Positions 9,069-18,356 of a DNA stretch of 64,000 bases are shown one piece after another. The DNA comes from Candidatus Adlerbacteria bacterium (GTDB taxonomy: Bacteria > Patescibacteriota > Minisyncoccia > Phycocordibacterales > SBAW01), in the NCBI GenBank assembly GCA_903851045.1, contig CAINNF010000017.1, positions 34,353-98,352 of the forward strand, read 5' to 3'. Both the position numbers and the translations under genes were made by a program. The notes under the pieces were generated by a model. That model did not search any database. It was not told the DNA's origin and saw nothing but the letters and a program-made list of their open reading frames with translations. The first letter of the stretch is position 1. Each line of letters starts with the position of its first letter.

Positions 9069-11339
9069 ATGCGACTGAAGTCGATAGAGTTGTCGGGATT
9101 TAAATCGTTCGCGCGCAAGACGGAATTGCAGTTTTCGTCGGCTATTACTTCGATCGTCGGACCCAACGGGTCGGGCAAGTCCAATATCGCGGAGTCCTTT
9201 CGGTTCGTGCTCGGTGAGCAGTCGATGAAGTCGATGCGCGGCAAGCGGGGCGAGGACATGATCTGGAATGGCTCCAACTCGACCCCACGCGGCTCGCGGG
9301 CGTCGGTCAAGCTCGTGTTCGACAATGCAGACCGAGCGTTGAACCTAGACTTCGACGAGGTTGCTATCGAGCGCGTAGTCTACCGCGACGGCGCGAACGA
9401 ATATCTGCTCAACGGCTCCCAGGTTCGGCTACGCGACATCAACGAACTGCTCGCACAAGCGAACATCGGCTCCTCTGGCCACCATATCATCTCGCAAGGT
9501 GAGGCGGATCGTGTGTTGTCGGCAACCGCTCGTGAGCGCCGCGAGATGATAGAGGACGCGCTCGGGCTCACGGCGTATCTATATAAACGAGAGGAGGCGG
9601 AACGTAAGCTCGTGAAGACGGCCGAGAACAGCGCCCAGGTCGAGGGGCTTCGTCGCGAGCTCGCACCGCATCTGAAGTTCTTGCAGTCACAGGTGCGCAA
9701 GATCGAGGAGTCGCAGAAGCTGCGCGACGATCTCGCGCTCAAATATGTGGAATATCTCAAACGCGAGAGCGTCTATCTTCATGTCACCCATGGACTCCTT
9801 ACCGCAGCATATGACGCACCCGAGCGCGAGCATACGGAGCTTAACCACAAGATCACCGAGCTTCGCATGGCGCTCGAGCGAAAGGGGAGTGACGCGGGAG
9901 CGTCCGAGTTGGTGCGGCTGGAGGAGGCGGGCAGGCGCGCGGCGCATAGGCGCGACATGCTGGGTCGTGAGCTCGGACGCATCGAAGGCGAGTTGGTCGC
10001 CGAAGAGCGGATCTTGAAGGTGGTCGAACGGGCGGTACCCGAAGCGCAAGCGCGCGAGTTCGCCAACCGTGTGGAGGCTGAGCTCGAAGAATCGATGCAG
10101 CTCTCGGAGGCAGAGATCAAACAGCGCATGGCCGCGCTCATTATTTTAGTAAAGGATTTCTTGCGTCGCATCACGCACGTCGAGCAGGTCCGCGAGGGTC
10201 GCTCGAAGGAAGAATTGCTGGAGCGCAAGCAGCAACTCGAACAGGAACTCCACACGACGGGGGAAGATGAGCGGCGCATAGCGGGGGCGGTCGCGCATCT
10301 GCGCATCAGCATCGAGAGCGAAAAGGACGCGTCGCGCGAAGCGGAGCGTGACCTGTTCGCGGCGATGGCACGCAGGAGCGAGCTGGAGACGAAGATCAAC
10401 AGTATCCGCTCGAAGGTAGAGATGCTCGAGCGCGAGACCGCGGCTTTTAGATCGGAGGTCGGCGAGGCGGGGGCGATACTGGGGCGCGCGGTCCAGTCGT
10501 ACGAGGACCACGTGGTGAGGAGCGCTTCGGGTGAGCTGGTGACGGACGCGGAGATGGTGGACGAGCCGCGCTCGCAGCAAGAAGATCGACGTAAAAAGAT
10601 CGAGCGGCTCAAGATCCGTCTCGAAGAGGCGGGCTTGGGTAATACGGCCGAGATCCTGCGCGAACACGAGGAGACCGTGGAGCGCGACCGATTCCTCGCG
10701 CGCGAGCTCCTCGACCTCGAGACGTCGGCCCAGTCGCTGCGCGAACTGATCGATGAGCTCACGAAGACGCTTTCGGCACGGTTTGCCGAAGGTATCACCA
10801 AGATAAATACCCAATTCGACGCGTTCTTTAAGCTGATGTTCGGTGGAGGAGACGCGGCGCTGTCGCTCGTTACCGAAGGGAAGGTACGGCCATACGCGGC
10901 GAAGCTTGCAGACGATGACCGCCCCAACGTCGCCCGCGGTGACGACGTGTCGGATGATGCAGAGTTAGATGCCGACGAAAAGGAAGAGGGGATAGAGATA
11001 ACGATTTCCCTGCCGCACAAGCGCATCAAAGGACTCCACATGCTTTCGGGCGGGGAGCGTGCGCTCACCTCGATAGCACTCATCTTCGCTATGTCACAGG
11101 TCAACCCGCCACCGTTCCTTATCCTCGACGAGACCGACGCCGCGCTCGACGAAGCCAACTCTCGCCGCTACGGCGACATGATCTCGACGCTGGGCAAGCG
11201 CTCGCAGCTCCTCCTCATCACCCACAACCGCGAAACCATGTCCCGAGCCGGCATCCTCTACGGCATCACCATGGGCTCCGACGGTGTCTCCAAGCTCCTC
11301 TCGGTCAAGTTCGAAGAGGCACTTGCGGTTGCTAAATAA
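9069..11339 (+). CDS. smc: short SMC-family chromosome partition ATPase (756 aa)
   Basis: GFKSF, Walker A GPNGSGKSN, Q-loop IISQG, signature LSGGE, Walker B LILDETDAALD and LITH; coiled coil between the head halves. Confidence 0.93.
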   Translation: MRLKSIELSGFKSFARKTELQFSSAITSIVGPNGSGKSNIAESFRFVLGEQSMKSMRGKRGEDMIWNGSNSTPRGSRASVKLVFDNADRALNLDFDEVAIERVVYRDGANEYLLNGSQVRLRDINELLAQANIGSSGHHIISQGEADRVLSATARERREMIEDALGLTAYLYKREEAERKLVKTAENSAQVEGLRRELAPHLKFLQSQVRKIEESQKLRDDLALKYVEYLKRESVYLHVTHGLLTAAYDAPEREHTELNHKITELRMALERKGSDAGASELVRLEEAGRRAAHRRDMLGRELGRIEGELVAEERILKVVERAVPEAQAREFANRVEAELEESMQLSEAEIKQRMAALIILVKDFLRRITHVEQVREGRSKEELLERKQQLEQELHTTGEDERRIAGAVAHLRISIESEKDASREAERDLFAAMARRSELETKINSIRSKVEMLERETAAFRSEVGEAGAILGRAVQSYEDHVVRSASGELVTDAEMVDEPRSQQEDRRKKIERLKIRLEEAGLGNTAEILREHEETVERDRFLARELLDLETSAQSLRELIDELTKTLSARFAEGITKINTQFDAFFKLMFGGGDAALSLVTEGKVRPYAAKLADDDRPNVARGDDVSDDAELDADEKEEGIEITISLPHKRIKGLHMLSGGERALTSIALIFAMSQVNPPPFLILDETDAALDEANSRRYGDMISTLGKRSQLLLITHNRETMSRAGILYGITMGSDGVSKLLSVKFEEALAVAK

Positions 11340-11363
11340 CACTTTTTTGTGCGTGGCAACCTA

Positions 11364-11391
11364 TTGACAATATAACTAAGGTGTGTATAAT
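11364..11391 (+). promoter_or_regulatory. sigma70-type promoter with consensus hexamers
   Basis: TTGACA (11364-11369), 16-nt spacer, TATAAT (11386-11391). Confidence 0.8.
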
Positions 11392-11443
11392 AGCAACTGG
11401 CTGTACTACATACATAACTAGAGAATACAGAGGGATAAACCCC

Positions 11444-12307
11444 ATGTCGGATGTTGTCTCAGTCTCCGCCCGAGAGGTGGAGATACAGCAGCAGTTCGGT
11501 GCACGTTTGCAACGAAGCCTGCTTTTCAGGCGTATCGTCGTCGGTGGTGCTGTGCTCATTTCGCTTGCACTCATTCTGCCGTTGGCGATCGCCGCCCTAC
11601 AGGCCGGCCTTGCGCTGCTCGCGCTTGCTGTCCTGTCCCTGCTCGCGCTGGGCTCCTGGAAGATGCTCCCCTGGTGGATCCTCTCCATCGAGAACCGGGT
11701 GCGGGAACGTATCCAAGTTGAGAAGAATCGCAGTCTCGCCGCCCTCAAGGCGGAGGCGCGAGCCAACCCGATCGAGCAGTTGCAGAACTATCTGCTCGGG
11801 GAGAAGCGAAAGCTGGATGGGTTCAAGCAGGCCCTCGCTCAGATCGGTGCGCAGGTCGAGACCATGTCCGACATGCTCCGGGAGCGGAAGAAGGCGAAGC
11901 CGAACTCGGACTACACCAACAAGGACCGGCATCTCGACTCGATGAGGCAGGTGTTCGCACAACTGCTCAAATCGGCGAAGGATGGTGACGAAGCGATTGC
12001 GGCACTGCGTGAGGCGATCGACGATAAGAAGTTCGACTGGCAGTTCGCGCAGGTCGGTCAGGCCGCTATGCAGCACTTCAAGGCTATGAACGGCCAAGAT
12101 CTGCTAAACGAGCTGCTTGCTGACGAGTCCTTCGCAGCAATTCGCGACAACTTCAACAGGGTGTTCGCGGATATCGAGGTCCAGATCGGAGGTATCAATT
12201 CCCAAAGAGCGTTGACCTTCGGCGAAGGCACTGACGCCTTCACTATCGACCTCTCGCAGATACGAGTTGGTACGCCGGAACTCGTTCCGGCTTCGGCAAC
12301 CAAGTGA
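11444..12307 (+). CDS. membrane-anchored coiled-coil protein, PspA/IM30-like
   Basis: Two N-terminal TM segments, then NPIEQLQNYLLGEKRKLDGFKQALAQIGAQ, resembling PspA helix 1, and a long helical hairpin. Confidence 0.6.
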   Translation: MSDVVSVSAREVEIQQQFGARLQRSLLFRRIVVGGAVLISLALILPLAIAALQAGLALLALAVLSLLALGSWKMLPWWILSIENRVRERIQVEKNRSLAALKAEARANPIEQLQNYLLGEKRKLDGFKQALAQIGAQVETMSDMLRERKKAKPNSDYTNKDRHLDSMRQVFAQLLKSAKDGDEAIAALREAIDDKKFDWQFAQVGQAAMQHFKAMNGQDLLNELLADESFAAIRDNFNRVFADIEVQIGGINSQRALTFGEGTDAFTIDLSQIRVGTPELVPASATK

Positions 12308-12317
12308 AGGTGCTCAC

Positions 12318-12500
12318 ATGAGCGATCAACCGAAGGTAACGCTCGATAAGCCGCAGGGCTTCTCGAGATTGATCGGACGCGCCCTCGCGGTCGTGTTCCT
12401 GATCGTCGCGGGTGTCATAGTGTTCTTTCTCCTGAACGACGATTCCTCCACAACGGTACGTCCGAGTCTGGGATCGTCCTCCGGCATTCATCTCCGCTAA
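12318..12500 (+). CDS. small single-TM protein
   Basis: GAAGGTG SD; hydrophobic segment ALAVVFLIVAGVIVFFLL. Confidence 0.7.
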   Translation: MSDQPKVTLDKPQGFSRLIGRALAVVFLIVAGVIVFFLLNDDSSTTVRPSLGSSSGIHLR

Positions 12501-12522
12501 ACCTGAAAGGAAGGATACTCGC

Positions 12523-13491
12523 ATGATTATGACACGTTTGCTCGCGTCGGCGCTCGTTTGGGCGTTCAGCGCGACACTGCCCGCGCTTGCGCAGCAGGCG
12601 CAGGCACCTGCGAAGATGCAGTTCATCGTCGCGGCAGCATCGTCGTCCGGTACCTACATGGAGATGCTCAAGCAGATCGGGGGGGTGTGCAACAGCGACG
12701 ACTTTACCATCGTTGAAGCTGATGTGAAGGGCGGTGCCACGGACAATCTGTCAGCACTGCTCGGCAACAAGGTCAGCGCGGCATTCCTGCATTCGGACGT
12801 GATCTACTTCTACGGCCAGACCGAACCGAAGTATCACGACTACAAGACCCTCGTCTCGCTCTACCCCGAAGACATCCACATCGTGGCGCTTCGGAATTCG
12901 GGTCTCAAGGCAGGTGGTTATGCGGGTACGGGCATCGGTGCCAAGCTTGTCGAGTTCACGACGATGACCGATCTCGCTGGCTACAAGGTCGGCGCGGCGG
13001 GTGGCGGCGTGATTACGGCGCGGATCCTTGCGGGCCAGGGCGATGGGCGCTTCGAAGTCGTCCAGTTTAACTCTGGTTCCGAGGTGCTTCCTGCGCTGGA
13101 GCGGGGCGAGATCCAGGCGGCAGTGTTTGTCGGCGGCGCGCCGCTGACGAATATCTCTGGGCTCTCGGCTGACAAGTTCAAGCTGCTTTCGATCAACGAG
13201 ACGGCCGCGAACAAGCTCTCCGGTGTCTACCGGCGTACGACAATCAACTATGTCAACCTGCGCAGTGACAACATCCCAACTCTTGCGCCCATGGCGGTGA
13301 TCGTGACGCGCAAGTATACAGTGGCGAAGTTCGTCGCGCCGCAGCGGCACTTCCGTGAGTGCTTCCTTGCAGGTCTGTCCGAGTTGCAGGAGACGCCGGG
13401 CAACCACCCCAAGTGGCAGTTGGTCGACTCCGCTGACCATGGGGTTTGGGAGTGGCTCGAGATTCCCGGTGCTGCTGCTCCGACGAAGTAG
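12523..13491 (+). CDS. TAXI-family (TRAP-associated) solute-binding protein
   Basis: Sec signal; ASSSGTY, GGATDNL, LVSLYPEDIHIVA, DLAGYKVGAAGGG and AAVFVGGAP. Confidence 0.8.
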   Translation: MIMTRLLASALVWAFSATLPALAQQAQAPAKMQFIVAAASSSGTYMEMLKQIGGVCNSDDFTIVEADVKGGATDNLSALLGNKVSAAFLHSDVIYFYGQTEPKYHDYKTLVSLYPEDIHIVALRNSGLKAGGYAGTGIGAKLVEFTTMTDLAGYKVGAAGGGVITARILAGQGDGRFEVVQFNSGSEVLPALERGEIQAAVFVGGAPLTNISGLSADKFKLLSINETAANKLSGVYRRTTINYVNLRSDNIPTLAPMAVIVTRKYTVAKFVAPQRHFRECFLAGLSELQETPGNHPKWQLVDSADHGVWEWLEIPGAAAPTK

Positions 13492-13505
13492 TATTTGTAC
13501 GAACC

Positions 13506-13538
13506 ACGGCCCACCCCTCAAAAGGTGGGCCGTTTTCT
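13506..13538 (+). terminator. intrinsic terminator closing the first operon
   Basis: ACGGCCCACC...GGTGGGCCGT followed by TTTCT. Confidence 0.75.
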
Positions 13539-13600
13539 ATGATGGGGGAAGGGGATCGGGATATTTTTTTGGGACAGTAATAATCATGAAATACTGGTCG

Positions 13601-13637
13601 GTCAATATATTGACATTTTATTAATATAAGTTAAGAT
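13601..13637 (+). promoter_or_regulatory. promoter with a 14-bp palindrome over the -35
   Basis: Perfect palindrome GTCAATATATTGAC (13601-13614); TTGACA 13610, 16-nt spacer, TAAGAT 13632. Confidence 0.65.
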
Positions 13638-13713
13638 GCCCAACGGACTCGGAAAGGTACTTTGATAATGATCTCTTTCCAGTCGACTCCCACCCATTCT
13701 TCAGGAGGATCGC

Positions 13714-15474
13714 TTGAATACGCCACGACGTATGTTGTCGGCGCTCTGTGCGCTGTTGTTGCTCGTCGGTATGACACCGAACTCGTTCGGTGCTTCGACA
13801 TACACATCTTCGACTCGAGCCGCGCCGTCGCCCGCCGCTCCCAGTACTTGGGGTCGGTCGCCGCCACCGCAGGTTACCAACAGTAGTGGCTTTGGTCGCC
13901 CTACGGCACCATCTTCGTCCGGCACAGTGCCGAACGCAGTAACGCCCTCAAGAGCTGCGCTGCCACAGGCGACGTCCAGCAACGGTTTCGGACGGTCGAC
14001 CGCTTCGACCACGCCGCAACCCGCAACGCTTGGCAAGCCTCAGCCTGCCGTCACGGCTGGCAGACCGCCACCGACGCGTACGACGCTCGATCGGGCAGTC
14101 GTAGCCAGTCAGTCTGCCGCCGCACTCGCTGAGATGCGGGCAAAGCAAGCTTCGTTCAGGGCGCCGCCACCGCGGGTGGAGACACCTGCGGCGACCAATG
14201 TGTGGATTAACACCGTGCGTCCGGCGAGCACGCCGCGACCTTCTGTCTCGGTGTACTACGTTGAGCGCAACCACTACTACGAGAACACCGGTTGGCATCC
14301 GTTGGCCTACATGGCGCTCGGTGCCGCTGCTTATGGTGTCTACGACTCCATGTTCGTCTGGCACAACATGGACACACACCCCGAATGGTTCTACCACCAT
14401 TATGACGACCCGGCGTATCGCGCCTGGCGCAGTGATGCGGACAGGATTGCTCAGTCTCCGGACAATGCCGATCTGCGTGCCAAGCTTGCGAAGCTGGACC
14501 AGGACGTCGCCGATCTGAAGGCGAAGAATGTTCCGGTTAATACGACCTACTTGCCGTCCGACATCAAACCTGACGTCGCGCTTGCGGCCGAGGTGGTGAC
14601 GGGTGTCACGGCGCCGGACCTTTCGTTCGCGAGCGGTCCAGACGGGACCACCTACAACTCGCTATGCGCGAGTGACGGCGGGTTTAAAGACTCCGCCAAT
14701 GACACGATGAACGTGACGTGCGTATCGACCGACGGTGCCTGGGACAACGTGATCGGTTATCTCGCCCACAAATACTCGGCCATCTTCGCGACGACCGACG
14801 TCATCGATGCCGCACTGCGCGCCAGGTCGACCAGCGGTGGGAAGACCACGCTTGGCCGGCAACAACTGAGCGCCTACAACGAACTGATGTTCCTGTTGGT
14901 GAACAAGGATTCACCAATCTGGAGCGTCACCGACCTGAAGCCTGGGCGAGACGTGCTCTATGTCGGGCCTTCGGGTTCCGGCACAGAGATCTCCTACCAG
15001 AACTTGGCGCATCACGCGACCACGAGTTCGTGGGGCGTCTTCTCGAACCACAACGCGCAGTACGAGGGCGTGGTCACAAAGAACGAATCCTACGACGAAG
15101 CGGTCCGCGAGGTCTCGACGAATCCGAACGCGGTGCTCCTCGTCATGATGCCCGGACATTCCAATTATGTGTCCGGTATCGAGACAAAATATGGTGATCG
15201 CGTACGACTTGTGCCGATGAATGGCGACGCGAGCTTCACCAACGTGCGTGACCAAGACGGCAATGACGTCTACCACGAGTGCGAACTCGCGAGTGGCTTG
15301 TATCCCAAGCTGCTCGGCGCGAAGACCGTCGAAACGCTCTGCGTACAGGCGGTGGTCGCAGTGTCGGACGACTGGGTGCGCAAGAGTCCAAACGGTGAGG
15401 ACCTGTTCCTCACTGCATGGGCGTACATGCTTCCCAAACTGCAGGGCATTAACGCGGGAGTCGAGCAACAATGA
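13714..15474 (+). CDS. secreted fusion protein: S/T/P-rich region, helical W/H/D-rich domain, C-terminal TAXI-like binding domain
   Basis: TTG start after AGGAGG; signal peptide; WFYHHYDDPAYRAWR...NADLRAKLAKLD; C-terminal FASGPDGTTY, STDGAWDN, YNELMFLLV and VGPSGSGT. Confidence 0.7.
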   Translation: MNTPRRMLSALCALLLLVGMTPNSFGASTYTSSTRAAPSPAAPSTWGRSPPPQVTNSSGFGRPTAPSSSGTVPNAVTPSRAALPQATSSNGFGRSTASTTPQPATLGKPQPAVTAGRPPPTRTTLDRAVVASQSAAALAEMRAKQASFRAPPPRVETPAATNVWINTVRPASTPRPSVSVYYVERNHYYENTGWHPLAYMALGAAAYGVYDSMFVWHNMDTHPEWFYHHYDDPAYRAWRSDADRIAQSPDNADLRAKLAKLDQDVADLKAKNVPVNTTYLPSDIKPDVALAAEVVTGVTAPDLSFASGPDGTTYNSLCASDGGFKDSANDTMNVTCVSTDGAWDNVIGYLAHKYSAIFATTDVIDAALRARSTSGGKTTLGRQQLSAYNELMFLLVNKDSPIWSVTDLKPGRDVLYVGPSGSGTEISYQNLAHHATTSSWGVFSNHNAQYEGVVTKNESYDEAVREVSTNPNAVLLVMMPGHSNYVSGIETKYGDRVRLVPMNGDASFTNVRDQDGNDVYHECELASGLYPKLLGAKTVETLCVQAVVAVSDDWVRKSPNGEDLFLTAWAYMLPKLQGINAGVEQQ

Positions 15475-16334
15475 GCGGTTTCTACAGAGCGTACGCGCAG
15501 CTTCTCGCCGCGCGTACGACGGCGAAGGTGTCGGCACTGATGCGGGGATCCCGCACGGACCGCGACCTTCCGCTGAAGCTTCGGATTGGCGGGTCGATTC
15601 TCTTCAATGACCCGACGAAATCCATTCTCGCCGCAGGTGCTGGACACCTCGTCCGGTTCCCTGCGTCGGGAGTGGCCAAGATCGTCGCCTGGGGGAGCAT
15701 GCGCTACCTCGGGCGGCACACGATCAATCGCTTCTACCTCGACACCGGCGACGCGGCGGATGATCTCATCCTCCAAGTCGTCGTGGGTTCCGACGGACTC
15801 GTCTACAATGACGAGATCCGCCTTCTGCGGCTCGTGCGTGAGATCACGCCGTCGTCCGCGGACGAGTGGACTATCTGGCTCCCCGGCGCCAAAGGCTTCC
15901 GCGAACAACAACTGCGCGAGCTCGGATGGACCAAGGTGCAGATCCAGGCGCAGCTCGACCAAGAGTACCCGGATGGCCAGGATCGCTATCTCATCGGGCA
16001 GAGCGTCTTCGATGTTCCCGATGAGCATAATCCCTCGGCGCCCCTGACGCGGTACTACCGCATCTGGCCGAAGGAGGGTGCCGAGTTCGTCGAACCTATC
16101 GAATTCGACGAGTCACTTCACACCGACCCCTGGGCCCAGCCGATCAGCGTTACACATCGCGCGATGCTGTACGGCCGGACTCTGACTGCGCCGCAAGGCT
16201 CCGAAGGGATTACCTTTCCCGACGAGTGGATGTGGCTGCAGGCAAGTGAGGTTGGGGACGAGGCGAGAGTGCAGCTACTGGCTGGTCTCTCGCTCGCGAC
16301 GACGGACTTCGCGGTCGTGCCACCCAGCGCCTAG
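15471..16334 (+). CDS. DUF2491 / YjfK-like protein
   Basis: PLKLRIGG, INRFYL...LILQV, YYRIW...VEPIEFDE and MLYGR parallel the motif order of E. coli YjfK; ATGA overlap with the upstream gene. Confidence 0.7.
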   Translation: MSGFYRAYAQLLAARTTAKVSALMRGSRTDRDLPLKLRIGGSILFNDPTKSILAAGAGHLVRFPASGVAKIVAWGSMRYLGRHTINRFYLDTGDAADDLILQVVVGSDGLVYNDEIRLLRLVREITPSSADEWTIWLPGAKGFREQQLRELGWTKVQIQAQLDQEYPDGQDRYLIGQSVFDVPDEHNPSAPLTRYYRIWPKEGAEFVEPIEFDESLHTDPWAQPISVTHRAMLYGRTLTAPQGSEGITFPDEWMWLQASEVGDEARVQLLAGLSLATTDFAVVPPSA

Positions 16335-16430
16335 CGCTGGTTGACGCGTTCTCTAGGTCCTGTTACTTTGTCTATACGCTGCGCCTCAGAGCGGTTACAG
16401 CTGAGGTTTCTTTTCAGGAAGAAACACCAC

Positions 16431-17207
16431 ATGGCTTTCGCGTTCATCAAGAACCTCGCTGGCCTCAAGGCGAGCGGAGTCGTTCAGGCCGGTGTCGAAG
16501 CGTATGTACGGTGGGACCCCAAAGGTTCAACCGCAGCCGAGCTTTTGACCATGGAGCAGCACCTGGACGTGTTGAACCAGCAGGTTTCCGAAGCACGGCA
16601 AGCCTTCAATAAGGAGAGGCAGGAGGCGGTCGCAATCGTGGCGCTGCACAACCAGCGCCTGGCGGCGGCCGAATTGCTGCAGAAGCAGATAGATGCGGCG
16701 ACCGACCCGGCGGTGAAAGCCGAGCTTGAAAAGAGTCTGGGCACACAGCTCACTTTGATCGAGCGGATGGCCCCGGATGTCGAGCGCGAGCAGGCTGAGG
16801 CAGCCGACGCCAAGGATGTGCTTGAGACGCTCGATGCCTCCTTCCAGGAGGCTGGACAGAAGCTGCTCGAGGGTCGTGCGCAGCTCGAGCAGGCAGAGCG
16901 TGACATGAAGCGTGCCGTGACACAGCGCGAATCGGCTGAGCGGCAGGCAGAAGCCGCTCGCCGAGCAGCCGGTCTGACGCAAGTCACCAGCGGACTGACG
17001 GTGGCTTTGAAAGCGATGCAGGACGCGGCGGCTAAGGATCTCGTGTCGGCGGATGCCGCGGCAAACAAGGCAAAGCTGTTGCGGCAGACCAAGCCTGAGC
17101 AGGACGACCCGCATATCGCGGCCGCGATGGCTGCGGTGTCCGGAAAGCCGGTGGCGGCCACGTCGCTGGCGGGGCGCCTCGCTGCGTTGAAGGAGAGGGC
17201 GGCCTGA
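16431..17207 (+). CDS. PspA/IM30 (ESCRT-III-like, YjfJ-like) protein
   Basis: N-terminal amphipathic MAFAFIKNL, DP motif, long Ala/Glu coiled coil and C-terminal RLAALK helix; follows DUF2491, echoing the yjfJ-yjfK linkage. Confidence 0.75.
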   Translation: MAFAFIKNLAGLKASGVVQAGVEAYVRWDPKGSTAAELLTMEQHLDVLNQQVSEARQAFNKERQEAVAIVALHNQRLAAAELLQKQIDAATDPAVKAELEKSLGTQLTLIERMAPDVEREQAEAADAKDVLETLDASFQEAGQKLLEGRAQLEQAERDMKRAVTQRESAERQAEAARRAAGLTQVTSGLTVALKAMQDAAAKDLVSADAAANKAKLLRQTKPEQDDPHIAAAMAAVSGKPVAATSLAGRLAALKERAA

Positions 17208-17260
17208 CGGTCTCCTGATCGTGACTAGCTAGTTCTTTTTACAGGGGTTCGTATCTACTG

Positions 17261-17291
17261 GGCGTGCAGCATCCGTGCTGCACGCCTTTTC
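17261..17291 (+). terminator. intrinsic terminator closing the second operon
   Basis: GGCGTGCAGCA-TCCG-TGCTGCACGCC followed by TTTTT. Confidence 0.8.
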
Positions 17292-17368
17292 TATATCCAG
17301 AAGCACACATTGACATTTTCTACAGAAACTGTATGGTACTGTTGCCTGCAATCGCAAAGGATATCAAA

Positions 17369-17650
17369 ATGCGTAAGATGACGTTGGGTCAGATCGTCGT
17401 GTGTGCCATGGTGGCACTGCTCATCCTTGTCCCGTTCTGGTACCCATTGTTGGTGGGAGTGTGGTGGTTGATTGTCCTCGCATGGTCGCTGGCCTGGGGG
17501 TTAGTGAAGATCGTTTTTGCCGTCCTGTTTTGGCTCCTGCTACAGGTCGTCAGCTCCATGATCAGCGCTGTGGCTGTAGTGCTGGTCATTGGCGGGGTGG
17601 CGTGCTTTGCCTACTATAAGTTGCGTGCTGCGCCGACGCGCGCGCAGTAG
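17369..17650 (+). CDS. small hydrophobic membrane protein
   Basis: AAAGGA SD; promoter TTGACA 17310 / TATGGT 17332; almost entirely hydrophobic; terminator at 17660-17696. Confidence 0.7.
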   Translation: MRKMTLGQIVVCAMVALLILVPFWYPLLVGVWWLIVLAWSLAWGLVKIVFAVLFWLLLQVVSSMISAVAVVLVIGGVACFAYYKLRAAPTRAQ

Positions 17651-17774
17651 CGTTTCTATCGGCCCGCCCTTACAAAGGCGGGCCGACTTCTTTTTGTATG
17701 GGTAAAACATTTTATATATGTAAAACCGGCTGCCAGTAGAGACTGGCAGCCGGGTAGAAAATGAGGCCCCGCAA

Positions 17775-17969
17775 TTATGCGTGGAGCCTATGCACTCTTT
17801 CTTCAGCACTCATAGCACGTGCAAGATAGCTAGGGGTAACCGGAAGGTCATGCTCGTTGAGACGACGCTCCCAAGCTTGACGTCGTTCGCGCAAGGCAGC
17901 GATTGCCTTGTCGTCGGTCGGCCAACCCTTCAAGGGGTCGAACGATGCTCCACCCGCAACTGCACCCAT
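17775..17969 (-). CDS. small hypothetical protein
   Basis: AGGAG SD upstream; 12-bp hairpin (17726-17753) with a minus-strand T-run downstream. Confidence 0.45.
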   Translation of the reverse strand: MGAVAGGASFDPLKGWPTDDKAIAALRERRQAWERRLNEHDLPVTPSYLARAMSAEERVHRLHA

Positions 17970-18147
17970 CTCTGGTATCTCCTACTGGCAGAGACCCACG
18001 TTTCTGCCACGGGCAGTATGTCATTTACTAAAAAAAGTGCAACTGGGTTGTGCACTTGCCGCTGTTCAATATCGTTCTGGCTTAATGTGAGAAAAAATGA
18101 TTAGATAGAAATATCCGCGCCATTAGCAGTGCATCAACGCGGAAGTA

Positions 18148-18342
18148 ATGAAAGGGCGTGCTCGTATGTGTGAGAATCCGGATCCAACCCCTGAACTGAA
18201 GGATTGGCAGCCCAATGGGCGTCTGATCGGCGACGAAACGGGTGCTCAAACCCACGGACCAAGGCGTCGCCGGATTGTGGAGTGGGACGGTGCCGCCATG
18301 GTATCGGTCCCTGTCGATGATGAGAGCATCGAGGGCATGTAG
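18148..18342 (+). CDS. small hypothetical protein
   Basis: 64-aa ORF in an otherwise empty gap, convergent with rnr. Confidence 0.4.
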   Translation: MKGRARMCENPDPTPELKDWQPNGRLIGDETGAQTHGPRRRRIVEWDGAAMVSVPVDDESIEGM

Positions 18343-18356
18343 TCGCCCAAAAGTGT

